From NCBI GenBank assembly GCA_048940645.1, contig JBHLOI010000011.1:14103-78102 (forward strand): a stretch of DNA of 64,000 nt, read 5' to 3'. Under the pieces are notes generated by a model. That model did not search any database and was not told where the DNA came from. It was given only the letters and a program-made list of their open reading frames with translations. This DNA comes from Promethearchaeota archaeon. GTDB lineage: Archaea; Asgardarchaeota; Lokiarchaeia; Sigyniarchaeales; SOKP01. Shown here piece after piece: positions 42,661 through 51,342 of the stretch (positions are counted from its first letter, which is position 1; each line of letters opens with the position of its first letter). The position numbers and the translations under genes are program-made.

Positions 42661-43254
42661 ATGAACATAACAAACTATGAAAAACGTAAAAAAATTGGAC
42701 TCTCTTTAATAGGAATTGGAACTGGTGTTTACTTATTGGGTCTTTTTGTCTTTCGTGTCTTATTGACATATCTCTCTAATTTATATTATGACCCTCCCAT
42801 CGTCCCAACATTATATTTTAATATACAATTATTACAAAATTGGAGCTTCATGGTGGGTGTTATTATTTTTTTTATTGGAGTGCCTTTTTTGGATCAGTCT
42901 TTAAGGAACAGAGGAAAAGAAAGAAGTGAATATAAAATTATAAAAAATTACCACAAAATTGGTATCTCATTGATAATAACTGGATTCATAATCCTGGTAT
43001 TAGGAATTATAGGAGGTTGGATAATATCAGGTTACTACAGGGGATTGATGTCACTGACATCAAGGGTGGGTTTTGGTTTACTTTCAGCACTATTATGGTT
43101 TTTCTTACTTTGTGTTGGAATAGGTATTATACGCACATCAAAGAACATACAAAAATGGAATAAATCAAAAGTAAGTATTATTAGCAGTAGAATTATTATA
43201 ACCATTGTTATTGTTTATTTTATTCTTTTTATTCCTCTTTTTCCTCTAGGATAA
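42661..43254 (+). CDS. Polytopic membrane protein
   Basis: 197 aa with about 5 hydrophobic helices. Confidence 0.45.
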   Translation: MNITNYEKRKKIGLSLIGIGTGVYLLGLFVFRVLLTYLSNLYYDPPIVPTLYFNIQLLQNWSFMVGVIIFFIGVPFLDQSLRNRGKERSEYKIIKNYHKIGISLIITGFIILVLGIIGGWIISGYYRGLMSLTSRVGFGLLSALLWFFLLCVGIGIIRTSKNIQKWNKSKVSIISSRIIITIVIVYFILFIPLFPLG

Positions 43255-43297
43255 CTCCTAGACCTCTATTCTAATATAGCATATGAAAAAAGAAAAA

Positions 43298-44314
43298 TTA
43301 TTTTTCTTTAAATTTAAAGCTGATATCACCTTTCCTGCGATAATGAAAGACAATTAACACTAAAACTCCAGTAATTAATCCCGCACCTAGGATTGTGTAT
43401 AGCCCTAAATCAAGCGGTATAGAAAAATTATTTGCTATGGAGGATTGATTATCATCAGGTGACGGAGGATTACAAATCGGCCCGTTGTCCACAATAGCGT
43501 AGGCAACATTCATCCAGTCTACTTCACAATAAACCCTAATACCAATGGTGTAGGGTCCTCCTATTGCGGTACCAAATGAAAATATGTTTACACTTGCTAT
43601 AGATGCTAGGGTGTCATTTTCATAAATTGCGAATGGAATAGCATTAGGATCAATAATGTTATATATTACGCCCCCTTTGCTACTTAGATTCATAGATATT
43701 GAGGATACTCTCCCAATATAAAATTTATAACTTCTATCTGTTCCAAAAAATACCTCGTGTGATATAAAAAAACCATCTGAAAAACAAGTTACCTCATAGA
43801 AAATAATATTTCCGAATTCTTGCTGAGTAATTTTATCAAACAGACAATTTACATCTTCTCTTAATATTTTTATTTTAATATTAAGATTTTCCTCAAGCGT
43901 TGCTCTAAACATGAATGTATAGTTTCCGGCAACGGCAGTCCCAAATGGAATTGAAAATTCGCCATCTATTTGGGAAATATAGGTATAAAATATTTGAAAT
44001 TCCCGATTAAAGCTATCCCATAGTGTAATATTCATATAGCAACTATGGGGAGTTACCACACTTACAATAATAGTATGCATGTAGGTTCTTAATAGGTCGA
44101 AGCTTAAGGTGTATGTATCTTGTGTTTGGGTAAAGGTGAATACTTTGCAAATATATTCGTGATTGCTGGTGTGAATCCTATTGTGTGTTAAATTCCCCAA
44201 TGATTGGGAGGAATTAGCAAGCGATCCATTATCTCGATATATATTGGGTGAGGAAAGTATTAAAAATCCGCCAAGAATTAAAATATATATAATTTTTCGT
44301 TTTTTAATATCCAT
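43298..44314 (-). CDS. Surface/secreted protein with a signal anchor and a C-terminal TM anchor
   Basis: N-terminal 'IIYILILGGFLILS' and C-terminal 'LGLYTILGAGLITGVLVLIVF' followed by 'HYRRKG'. The ectodomain looks beta-rich. Confidence 0.45.
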   Translation of the reverse strand: MDIKKRKIIYILILGGFLILSSPNIYRDNGSLANSSQSLGNLTHNRIHTSNHEYICKVFTFTQTQDTYTLSFDLLRTYMHTIIVSVVTPHSCYMNITLWDSFNREFQIFYTYISQIDGEFSIPFGTAVAGNYTFMFRATLEENLNIKIKILREDVNCLFDKITQQEFGNIIFYEVTCFSDGFFISHEVFFGTDRSYKFYIGRVSSISMNLSSKGGVIYNIIDPNAIPFAIYENDTLASIASVNIFSFGTAIGGPYTIGIRVYCEVDWMNVAYAIVDNGPICNPPSPDDNQSSIANNFSIPLDLGLYTILGAGLITGVLVLIVFHYRRKGDISFKFKEK

Positions 44315-44621
44315 ACACCTCTAACTCTTTAAATTCTGATTTTAATCCATGGATAATAACGCATCTATCATAATCAATACAACTAAAGCACGGTTTATCT
44401 GTCCAAAAATAGGCTGATTGGTGTGGACGTTCTATAATAAGTATTGGAAAGTTATTTCGAGGACAATTCAAGGCAGAATTGCTGATTTTACCTTTTTTGG
44501 GTAAAGGGTAAGAAATCTTGCAGATTTCACATTTTACAAACCGCTTGTAATTACTAGTTTTATACATTGTAAGAGAGCACTTACACTTAGGGCAAATCCC
44601 TATCTCTTCTAATTTTTTCAT
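44304..44621 (-). CDS. Small zinc-finger protein (topoisomerase-type C4 finger-like)
   Basis: 'CPKCKCSLTMYKTSNYKRFVKCEICK'. It overlaps the downstream gene by 11 nt. Confidence 0.4.
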   Translation of the reverse strand: MKKLEEIGICPKCKCSLTMYKTSNYKRFVKCEICKISYPLPKKGKISNSALNCPRNNFPILIIERPHQSAYFWTDKPCFSCIDYDRCVIIHGLKSEFKELEVYGY

Positions 44622-44667
44622 TCAAAGGTCACATTACAATAAATTTAGAATACAGTATTTTTTGCCC

Positions 44668-44682
44668 TATATAAAGAAAAAA
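44668..44682 (-). promoter_or_regulatory. Promoter element, TTTTTCTTTAAATA class
   Basis: The minus strand reads 'ttttttctttatata', 46 nt upstream of ATG 44621. Confidence 0.4.
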
Positions 44683-44754
44683 TTAGAAATCATGGAGAGA
44701 CCCTCCCTTTATATAAAATACTATTTGTATTACTCTACGATTTTTCTAACCTCA

Positions 44755-44770
44755 TTTTTTCTTTAAATAT
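44755..44770 (+). promoter_or_regulatory. Promoter element (leaderless geometry)
   Basis: 'ttttttctttaaatat', 20 nt upstream of ATG 44791. Confidence 0.5.
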
Positions 44771-44790
44771 CCATAATCAAATATCTCATT

Positions 44791-45015
44791 ATGGTCTTTT
44801 TTGATTATTTTGATGGGTTCCAGACAGGAATTGAATTTTTAATCGCATTAGGATCAATTATTGGGTTATTAGGTCTAATCATGGGAATTATTTTTTTAAT
44901 TTGGGGGGGATCTAGATTGCGATACAAAATGCTTGGAGTTGTACTTGTTTCAATTGTTCTTTTAGTAATCTGTGGATTCGATACAGGATTAAAATACTTC
45001 ACCATTTACCGATAA
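44791..45015 (+). CDS. Small two-TM membrane protein
   Basis: 74 aa. A promoter element ends 20 nt upstream of the ATG (leaderless geometry). Confidence 0.45.
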   Translation: MVFFDYFDGFQTGIEFLIALGSIIGLLGLIMGIIFLIWGGSRLRYKMLGVVLVSIVLLVICGFDTGLKYFTIYR

Positions 45016-45036
45016 GAATTTAAAAATAAAGGAGAT

Positions 45037-45402
45037 TTAATGATATCCTTGGGACGATTGTTCTCCTATCTGAAATCCCAATAACTCAAATGCTTGTCCC
45101 GTAAGAAATGCTCCTATCCACAGTAAAAGAATCCCAAAAGCCATATATTTAAGATAGATTTTTCTGTTAAAAATAGTTCCCAGAATTGAAAATCCAAATA
45201 TAATCCATCCTGCCCATATACAAAGGTCACCAAGTTTACTAAAAATGAAATGAAAAAAGGTTCCTACTTGATACTGTAAGTTTATCCCGAAGAAGGGTAC
45301 ATAAATTGCGATAATCGCAAATATACCAATGAATACCCATGTAAATGCTTTCGATTTGTGTTTTCTTTCTCGAATAATATAAATTCCATCCTTTCTGGAC
45401 AT
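45037..45402 (-). CDS. Small membrane protein (start re-assigned)
   Basis: The ORF track starts at 45450, but a promoter element sits at 45456..45471. The internal ATG at 45402 (MSRKDGIYI...) is the more plausible start. Confidence 0.4.
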   Translation of the reverse strand: MSRKDGIYIIRERKHKSKAFTWVFIGIFAIIAIYVPFFGINLQYQVGTFFHFIFSKLGDLCIWAGWIIFGFSILGTIFNRKIYLKYMAFGILLLWIGAFLTGQAFELLGFQIGEQSSQGYH

Positions 45403-45455
45403 AATTTCCTTCCTTTTTATGATTATTGAAAGTTTGACGAACAATAACAATGAGA

Positions 45456-45471
45456 ATATTTAAAAGAAAAA
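45456..45471 (-). promoter_or_regulatory. Promoter element, TTTTTCTTTAAATA class
   Basis: The minus strand reads 'tttttcttttaaatat', 53 nt upstream of ATG 45402. Confidence 0.4.
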
Positions 45472-45482
45472 CAGCATCTCTC

Positions 45483-45500
45483 TTTTTTTGTTTAAATATA
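45483..45500 (+). promoter_or_regulatory. Promoter element (G variant)
   Basis: 'tttttttgtttaaatata', 50 nt upstream of ATG 45551. Confidence 0.35.
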
Positions 45501-45550
45501 TAGAACAATGAAAAATATCAAAACAAAGTTTATTGATAAATTGAGGTTTT

Positions 45551-45700
45551 ATGCCAGGTCTCCACGAATTTGATGAATATGTTTTATATAGTTGGCGTAA
45601 TGAACAAATTAAAGAGCAAATTAAAAAAAATAAACATGTTAAGCGTATTCGTAATAAAAAAAAAAAAACGAATAAAAAATTAGAGATCGGATATTCCTAG
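45551..45700 (+). CDS. Possible 49-aa highly basic protein (below the ORF-track cutoff)
   Basis: My translation is MPGLHEFDEYVLYSWRNEQIKEQIKKNKHVKRIRNKKKKTNKKLEIGYS. 'TGAGGT' lies 4-5 nt upstream, and a promoter-like element sits at 45483..45500. Confidence 0.35.
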   Translation: MPGLHEFDEYVLYSWRNEQIKEQIKKNKHVKRIRNKKKKTNKKLEIGYS

Positions 45701-45816
45701 TTTTTTTAGAAAAAGAGTGCTATTTGCTTTACCAAAAATTTTTTTACGATATTCTTTTCATATTATAATATTTTTTAAGAAGAATTAGAATGGATGTTCT
45801 TAAAGAAAAAGAATAA

Positions 45817-45830
45817 TTTTTCTTTAAATA
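45817..45830 (+). promoter_or_regulatory. Promoter element (leaderless geometry)
   Basis: 'tttttctttaaata', 21 nt upstream of ATG 45852. Confidence 0.45.
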
Positions 45831-45851
45831 TTTTTAGTAACATTTTTTCTC

Positions 45852-45947
45852 ATGAAAGAAGATCTAATGGATATTATTGGATTAATCGCAGCATTTGGTG
45901 TATTGTTAGGATTAGGAATATGGTTTAGTCTTCTGGTATTTCTTTAG
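45852..45947 (+). CDS. Possible 31-aa single-TM micro-protein
   Basis: My translation is MKEDLMDIIGLIAAFGVLLGLGIWFSLLVFL. A consensus promoter element ends 21 nt upstream of the ATG (leaderless geometry). Confidence 0.35.
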   Translation: MKEDLMDIIGLIAAFGVLLGLGIWFSLLVFL

Positions 45948-46058
45948 GATGATATAAAATATGGGTATTTTAATAAATTTCCCAATACTTTTCACGTAAA
46001 CCCTTTCTTTTATAAATCCTAATTTTCTGTAAAGAATTTTATTTCGTTAAACCAGATA

Positions 46059-46077
46059 TTTTTTCTTTTAATATATA
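46059..46077 (+). promoter_or_regulatory. Promoter element upstream of fen1
   Basis: 'ttttttcttttaatatata', 17 nt upstream of ATG 46095. Confidence 0.45.
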
Positions 46078-46094
46078 GTATTTCTATTTACATT

Positions 46095-47195
46095 ATGGGA
46101 GTAAAATTACATAATCTTATTATCCGCAAAAAATTGGATTTTTCTGATTTAGCAGGAACCATTATTGCAATCGATGCTCCCAACATTATAATGAGTTTAT
46201 TTAATTTTGTCCGTAAAAATTCAGATGGTAGTCCTGCTGGTTTAATTTTAGATCGAACCCAACGTCCAATTTCTCATTTATATGGTCTTTTATATCGAAT
46301 TAACTTCTATTATAGTAAGAAGATTTTTCCTCTATTCTGCTTCGATGGAAAAGTATCTGAATTAAAGAAACTCATAACTAAAGACCAGTTAAACGATTAT
46401 CTATTTACTCAGAAATGGTACCAATCTGCCTTGAGGTCTGGCAATAATGAATTAGCAAGAAAAATCGCATTAAGTAAAGAGTATTTATGGCAAAACATTA
46501 TTCAAGAATCAAAACAACTCCTTAATAATCTTGGAGTACCGTATTTCGATTCTCCGGCCTCAGCAGAGTCACAATGTGCCCAGTTAGTAAGAGATAAGAT
46601 TGCTCATTATTCCAATTCCCAGGATTTTGATTCTTTAGTATTTGGGTGTCCCCACTTAGTTCAGAACATTTCAAAGTCATTACGAAGAAAAGTCCACGGA
46701 AAATGGACGTATCAGAAAATTATTCCCTATAAAATTAATTTAAAAGAGAATTTACACTCCTTAGGAATTGATCAGTTTCAGTTAGTTGATATGGTCATCT
46801 TGATGGGATGTGATTATTTTCCTGGTGTCAGAGGAATCGGTCCAAAAAAAGCCCTTAATTTGATAAAAAAATTCCATTCTTTAGAAAAGGTAATATTTCA
46901 AGAAAAAAAAAGATATAATTTCAAAGCGCTTACTTCAGATTTAATTATTAAAATTCGAAAACTATTTTTACTTCCAGATGTGTTATCTTCATATTCTGAG
47001 ATCACTTGGAACATACCAAATGTACCCCTGGTTAAATCCTTTTTATGTGAGCAGCATTTCTTAAATAAAGAGCGAGTGCAAAACAATCTCAAGAAATTCT
47101 TACGGAATTTTGAGAAGTGTAGAGAATTTTTTGTCACTCAAAAAGATAAGCCTCGTATTATTCAAAAAACATTAAATCAATACTCCTTAATTTAA
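46095..47195 (+). CDS. fen: Flap endonuclease FEN1 (XPG/Rad2 family)
   Basis: 'MGVKLHNLI..IAIDAPN', 'FCFDGK', 'SQDFDSLVFG', 'LMGCDYF', and the C-terminal PIP-like 'QKTLNQY'. Confidence 0.85.
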   Translation: MGVKLHNLIIRKKLDFSDLAGTIIAIDAPNIIMSLFNFVRKNSDGSPAGLILDRTQRPISHLYGLLYRINFYYSKKIFPLFCFDGKVSELKKLITKDQLNDYLFTQKWYQSALRSGNNELARKIALSKEYLWQNIIQESKQLLNNLGVPYFDSPASAESQCAQLVRDKIAHYSNSQDFDSLVFGCPHLVQNISKSLRRKVHGKWTYQKIIPYKINLKENLHSLGIDQFQLVDMVILMGCDYFPGVRGIGPKKALNLIKKFHSLEKVIFQEKKRYNFKALTSDLIIKIRKLFLLPDVLSSYSEITWNIPNVPLVKSFLCEQHFLNKERVQNNLKKFLRNFEKCREFFVTQKDKPRIIQKTLNQYSLI

Positions 47196-47199
47196 CCAA

Positions 47200-47215
47200 T
47201 TTTCCTTTATAAATA
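47200..47215 (+). promoter_or_regulatory. Promoter element, TTTTTCTTTAAATA class
   Basis: 'ttttcctttataaata', 52 nt upstream of ATG 47268. Confidence 0.4.
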
Positions 47216-47267
47216 ACCATTTTATGGAATTGGTAAACAATTCTTTTCCATTCCATATTGATGAGTT

Positions 47268-47864
47268 ATGGCAGATACTATCGCAAAAAAGTTAATGCCC
47301 ACTAGTGTTTTAGTAAAAATTCTTCTTGATTTTTCCTCAAAATCTACGGTATTGAATTACCTATTCCGGAAAAAAAGTTTCGTTGATTCCCATGAAAATA
47401 TCTTAGTTCTTTCCGATTTCACTATTAATAAAATTTCCCAAGAAGTAAATGTTCCTTTTGATACAACCGAAGGAATTATTATCCAATGTTTACTTAATAT
47501 GTTTTACTTTAAACGTGCCTTAAATTGTGTTAGATTCATATGGAACAATGATATGGAAAAACTCAGGCGGAGATTAAGGGTATATTTATATAAAGCACAT
47601 CGAATTGCTCCTGTGTTTGATTATAAACGAGCCAGGACAAATAGTGAAACTCTCATTACATTAATGAAGAGGAGTTGCTATTTCCCGCGATTCACTACTC
47701 AGCTTGCTTTAGTAATATATGTAACTGATGCGAATAACCAGCATAAAATCTTTGATACGCCCATTCTCCAGCGGAATCTACGAGCTTTTTGCGATTGTTC
47801 TGCATTTGCCTTTCATCGAGCAAGAAATAAGTTGAGAATAAATAATCAAGGTAAAACTTATTAG
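47268..47864 (+). CDS. Hypothetical protein
   Basis: 198-aa ORF with an upstream promoter element. No domain recognised with confidence. Confidence 0.4.
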   Translation: MADTIAKKLMPTSVLVKILLDFSSKSTVLNYLFRKKSFVDSHENILVLSDFTINKISQEVNVPFDTTEGIIIQCLLNMFYFKRALNCVRFIWNNDMEKLRRRLRVYLYKAHRIAPVFDYKRARTNSETLITLMKRSCYFPRFTTQLALVIYVTDANNQHKIFDTPILQRNLRAFCDCSAFAFHRARNKLRINNQGKTY

Positions 47865-47989
47865 ATTTTTTCTGTGCTAATGGACAACTGCTTTAAAAAC
47901 ATAAAAAACATATTTATTACCAAAATTGTTATATTTTGAATTTCCTTATTTTTTTATTGATAAAATAAGACAAAAAAGAGGAATCTGAG

Positions 47990-48394
47990 TTGAAGGATAA
48001 AATTAAGCTTACATTGCCATTAGTTACTTTAAAAATATTAAATAGTCTTTGTATTCTGTTCAGTGCATTTATATTGATAAGTACTTTAAGAGCTTTGTAT
48101 TTTCTCACTGCTGATCCTCCAGATTTACCCTGCCTTATGTGTGAGGGATGCCCCTGTCCACCTAGTGATTTTGTTATAGCCAGAAATTATTATCTTAATT
48201 TCTTGTTCCCAACGTTGATTTTCTCAAATATAATATTGATTGCTCTTTGTATCATTTTAATTTCAATTTTGAAATTTAAATATAGCTTCCTCAAATTAAC
48301 TCTTTTTATAAAAAAGTATGGAAAAAGTGAGGATTTATTCAAAGCATATAAATCTACAATCCAATCTAATGATTTTAACCTTAAATATAGATGA
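47990..48394 (+). CDS. Small membrane protein with a Cys-rich loop (TTG start)
   Basis: 'LPCLMCEGCPCPP' lies between two TM helices. 'GAGGA' lies 9 nt upstream of the TTG. Confidence 0.35.
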   Translation: MKDKIKLTLPLVTLKILNSLCILFSAFILISTLRALYFLTADPPDLPCLMCEGCPCPPSDFVIARNYYLNFLFPTLIFSNIILIALCIILISILKFKYSFLKLTLFIKKYGKSEDLFKAYKSTIQSNDFNLKYR

Positions 48395-48433
48395 TTTAAG
48401 AATAATTATTCTTAGAAGTGTTTATTTAGAGTA

Positions 48434-49762
48434 TTACTTTTTCATATTTTTTAATTTTAATTTTCTCGATTTTAAAAAATTTTGAAATTCAAAATCACTT
48501 ATTTTATCTGCTTCGAGGGCTCCCGTACTTTCTAGATACTTTTTAAAATCTTTAATAAGAGAGATAACTTCTTCTTGTTTAAAATTTTCTTTAAAAATGA
48601 AATTATTTCGCTCTAAAATAAATTCAGAATACCACCAATAAAATATGACAGTTATAAGTATAATTAGGAAATTGTTTACTAAACTAATCTGACTTTGACT
48701 AGCATAAGTTCCTGAGATTGAACCAGCTCCAATAATCATAATGATTTGCCCTTCAAAATATAAAATTGTGAATGCAAAAAGGAAAAATGATAAATTATTG
48801 GGAGTAAATATCTTAAATCTGAAAAGTTTACCTCCTAAACCCTTTAAGACCAAAATTGCTGTTAAAATCATTAAAAGAATGTCAATAACTACTCTGAAAA
48901 AATCGAATCCATGGATTTCTGTTACTCTTCTAAACGACCAAATGAAACTAAACGATCTATACCATAAGTAAAGCCATATAAATATGTAAAATAATGAAGA
49001 AAAAACGTTTGGCGTTTCATTTTTAATGCTTTTAATAAATAAGTTAATTACTTTATAAGAGGTTATGATTATGATAATATACATTGCTATATTCCATCCA
49101 TTAAACCAATAAATTGGTTCTAATGAATCTCCTGGACTTTGAATTTCAAAATAATTTAATAATCCAAAATAAGTACTTAATTGGAACACAATTGGTAATA
49201 TTAATCCAATAGTTAAGAATACGTAACTGTATATTCTACTAATATTGGACTCTCTATTTCTAGTTATTAATATATCATTAGCTTTATTCGAAATGCTAAC
49301 CATAATTTTTCTAATAAAGAAAATCTGGATCAAATTCCACCCAAAATAAATAATAACACATGAATATGGTAGTATTATATCCCAACCTAAAAACTGAACT
49401 GGTATTTGTGAAGAGGAGCCAAAGAAGAAATAGATTAATATTAAAATTAAGCAAATTCCAAAAGTAATCATTAGGATTGTAAGCTTTTTTATGGTATGTT
49501 TTCTTTCTTTTGAGAATATTTGAGCCTCCATTTGAGGGATCATACTAATAAACATTAAGATTAAATAAGTAAGAGTAAAGGAAATGGTTACAATCAAGAC
49601 AATATTACCGATATCCTCTTTTGGATAAAGGCTAAGAACAGTAATTACAATTATAATTAAAAAAAATAAAATCGTATAAATAATATGACTATGTTCAAAT
49701 AATCTGTGAAATCTTGTTTTAATAGTTTCTTTATCCTTTATAGTATTAATATTTTCATTCAT
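48434..49762 (-). CDS. Polytopic membrane protein (about 10 TM)
   Basis: 442 aa, hydrophobic throughout, with a soluble C-terminal tail. Confidence 0.5.
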   Translation of the reverse strand: MNENINTIKDKETIKTRFHRLFEHSHIIYTILFFLIIIVITVLSLYPKEDIGNIVLIVTISFTLTYLILMFISMIPQMEAQIFSKERKHTIKKLTILMITFGICLILILIYFFFGSSSQIPVQFLGWDIILPYSCVIIYFGWNLIQIFFIRKIMVSISNKANDILITRNRESNISRIYSYVFLTIGLILPIVFQLSTYFGLLNYFEIQSPGDSLEPIYWFNGWNIAMYIIIIITSYKVINLFIKSIKNETPNVFSSLFYIFIWLYLWYRSFSFIWSFRRVTEIHGFDFFRVVIDILLMILTAILVLKGLGGKLFRFKIFTPNNLSFFLFAFTILYFEGQIIMIIGAGSISGTYASQSQISLVNNFLIILITVIFYWWYSEFILERNNFIFKENFKQEEVISLIKDFKKYLESTGALEADKISDFEFQNFLKSRKLKLKNMKK

Positions 49763-49806
49763 AGCTCTAATAGTTAAATTATTTCGATAATATTATTTCT
49801 AACTCA

Positions 49807-49823
49807 TTTTTTCTTTAAAAATA
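49807..49823 (+). promoter_or_regulatory. Promoter element upstream of the RPA-like gene
   Basis: 'ttttttctttaaaaata', 51 nt upstream of ATG 49875. Confidence 0.4.
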
Positions 49824-49874
49824 TTTATTATAATTTTAACTTATCTGTCTATTTATTAATATAAAGAGTTGATT

Positions 49875-50795
49875 ATGAGTTCATACATGGAAGAGATATA
49901 TCAAAAACTTATTGAACATGGTTTTTCAAAAAAGGAATTAGAAAACGAAATTAATAAGAAAGCAAAGGAATATGGTGGATTTATGTCTAAGCAAGGTATC
50001 CTTTTTATCATTGCTAAAGAATATGGAATGAATATTAATTCTCCAGAAATAGAGACAGAGCTTTATCAGAAGGTTGAGGAGAATATAAACTATGATGAAT
50101 TTACTATTCCTATTTCCAATCTCAAAGAAGGCATGGAAAATGTAGTGTTATTGGGTAAAATTTTAAAATATGTTCCTCCAAAAGAATTTCTACGTAAAGA
50201 TAATTCCATTGGGGCAATTTCCTCATGTATTATTGGTGATAATTCAGGGGATATAAAAGTTGTCATGTGGGATGAAAAAGCAATAGCAATGAATAATGAT
50301 TCTTCTAAAGAGGGCGAATTAGTAAGAGTAATTAGTGATTATATCAAAATAAATCGAAATGGAAACCTAGAAGTTCATGTAGGAAAAAAAGGCAAGATCA
50401 TTTTAGCACCTAGAGATATAAATTCAAAGATTAAAAAAAAATTAGCAGAAATACCATATAAAAGGAAGGAATTCAATAATCATTTTTCAATTAGTGATCT
50501 AATCAATAAATATTCGTTTATTCAAAAATTAAAAGGACAGGTTCACATTAAAAAATTCAAGGAAATTACCAAAAAGGATGGTGAAAAAATGTTTTTATTA
50601 AAGCTAATTTTGAGTGATGATACTGGATCTGTTTGTATGAATATTTGGGGTATGAACGCTATAGAAACTTTGAAACTTATTGAAGAAGGAGATCATATTA
50701 TTGTAAAAAATCTTTCTGTAAAATTCAATTCTTATACTAGTGAAAAGGAGCTTTCCTTTACTAAAAAATCTACCTTAGAAGTAGTTTCTTTTTAA
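49875..50795 (+). CDS. rpa: RPA-like single-stranded DNA-binding protein (two OB folds)
   Basis: N-terminal helical domain 'EEIYQKLIEHGFSKKELENEINKKAKEYGGFMSKQGILFIIAKEYG'. OB-fold blocks 'VVLLGKIL..GAISSCIIGDNSGDIKVVMWDEKA' and 'LKLILSDDTGSVCMNIWG'. The track start is TTG 49869; ATG 49875 is preferred. Confidence 0.6.
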   Translation: MSSYMEEIYQKLIEHGFSKKELENEINKKAKEYGGFMSKQGILFIIAKEYGMNINSPEIETELYQKVEENINYDEFTIPISNLKEGMENVVLLGKILKYVPPKEFLRKDNSIGAISSCIIGDNSGDIKVVMWDEKAIAMNNDSSKEGELVRVISDYIKINRNGNLEVHVGKKGKIILAPRDINSKIKKKLAEIPYKRKEFNNHFSISDLINKYSFIQKLKGQVHIKKFKEITKKDGEKMFLLKLILSDDTGSVCMNIWGMNAIETLKLIEEGDHIIVKNLSVKFNSYTSEKELSFTKKSTLEVVSF

Positions 50796-50868
50796 AAGAA
50801 TTTACTGAAAAAAAAGTCCCACTCTCTATGTTCTTACTTTAATTATTTGATATTCTTTTGTTCAATTG

Positions 50869-51189
50869 TTAATTTATACTTTCTTTCTTCTTTAATAATC
50901 GGTCCTTATATTGATTTGCCTTTGGATGAGTGGGTGTTATTTCTAAGGCTTTTTCATAATATTTTAAAGCTTCCTGATAATTTCCCATCTTCTCATAGGT
51001 TTTACCCAACATTACCCAACCAGTATCGTATTTAGGGTTTATAGTTAGTACTTTCATCCAATTTTCAATTGTGTTATCATAATTTTTAGAAAAAGAATAT
51101 TTAACAGCTTGATGAAAGTATTTATTATAATCCTCTACCTTTATCTCCTCTTCTTCTTCATTTTTTTCTTCTTTTTTAGGAATATTCAT
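50869..51189 (-). CDS. TPR-repeat protein
   Basis: 'WVMLGKTYEKMGNYQEALKYYEKALEITPTHPKA'. Confidence 0.6.
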   Translation of the reverse strand: MNIPKKEEKNEEEEEIKVEDYNKYFHQAVKYSFSKNYDNTIENWMKVLTINPKYDTGWVMLGKTYEKMGNYQEALKYYEKALEITPTHPKANQYKDRLLKKKESIN

Positions 51190-51283
51190 TACCTCTTAAA
51201 GTAATTTACATTGAACATTCTTTATAATTTGTATATTGGGATTCAAATATTTATAAGTATTATTGTGAATATCTCATTTTCAA

Positions 51284-51300
51284 TTTTTTTCTTTAAATAC
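51284..51300 (+). promoter_or_regulatory. Promoter element upstream of mglB-like gene
   Basis: 'tttttttctttaaatac', 42 nt upstream of ATG 51343. Confidence 0.45.
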
Positions 51301-51342
51301 TACTGCTTAACTCTTCTTATAAAATACGAAAGATGTGATAAA

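Noticed and set aside
42581-42769. 62-aa minus-strand ORF, together with similar short track ORFs (for example 50847..51035, 51651..51881, 51847..52044, 1579..1827, 2667..2939 and 10073..10345).
   Set aside because: All of them overlap better-supported genes or promoter regions on the opposite strand or in another frame. They have low-complexity composition and lack start-site signals.
45239-45508. 89-aa minus-strand ORF overlapping the 45037..45450 ORF.
   Set aside because: It is in an alternative frame over a membrane-protein gene. Its 5' part covers two promoter elements (45456..45471 and 45483..45500), so it is most likely spurious.
47224-47295. A 23-codon ORF (MELVNNSFPFHIDELWQILSQKS) immediately after the promoter at 47200..47215.
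   Set aside because: A transcript from that promoter would be expected to start at or after this ATG. The ORF overlaps, out of frame, the start of the 198-aa gene at 47268, and nothing supports it as coding.
51211-51342. A 44-codon hydrophobic N-terminal extension of the MglB-like ORF, as listed in the track.
   Set aside because: The consensus promoter element at 51284..51300 lies inside this extension. The extension is Ile/Phe-rich translation of AT-rich promoter DNA, and the Roadblock-like sequence starts at Met 45 (ATG 51343).
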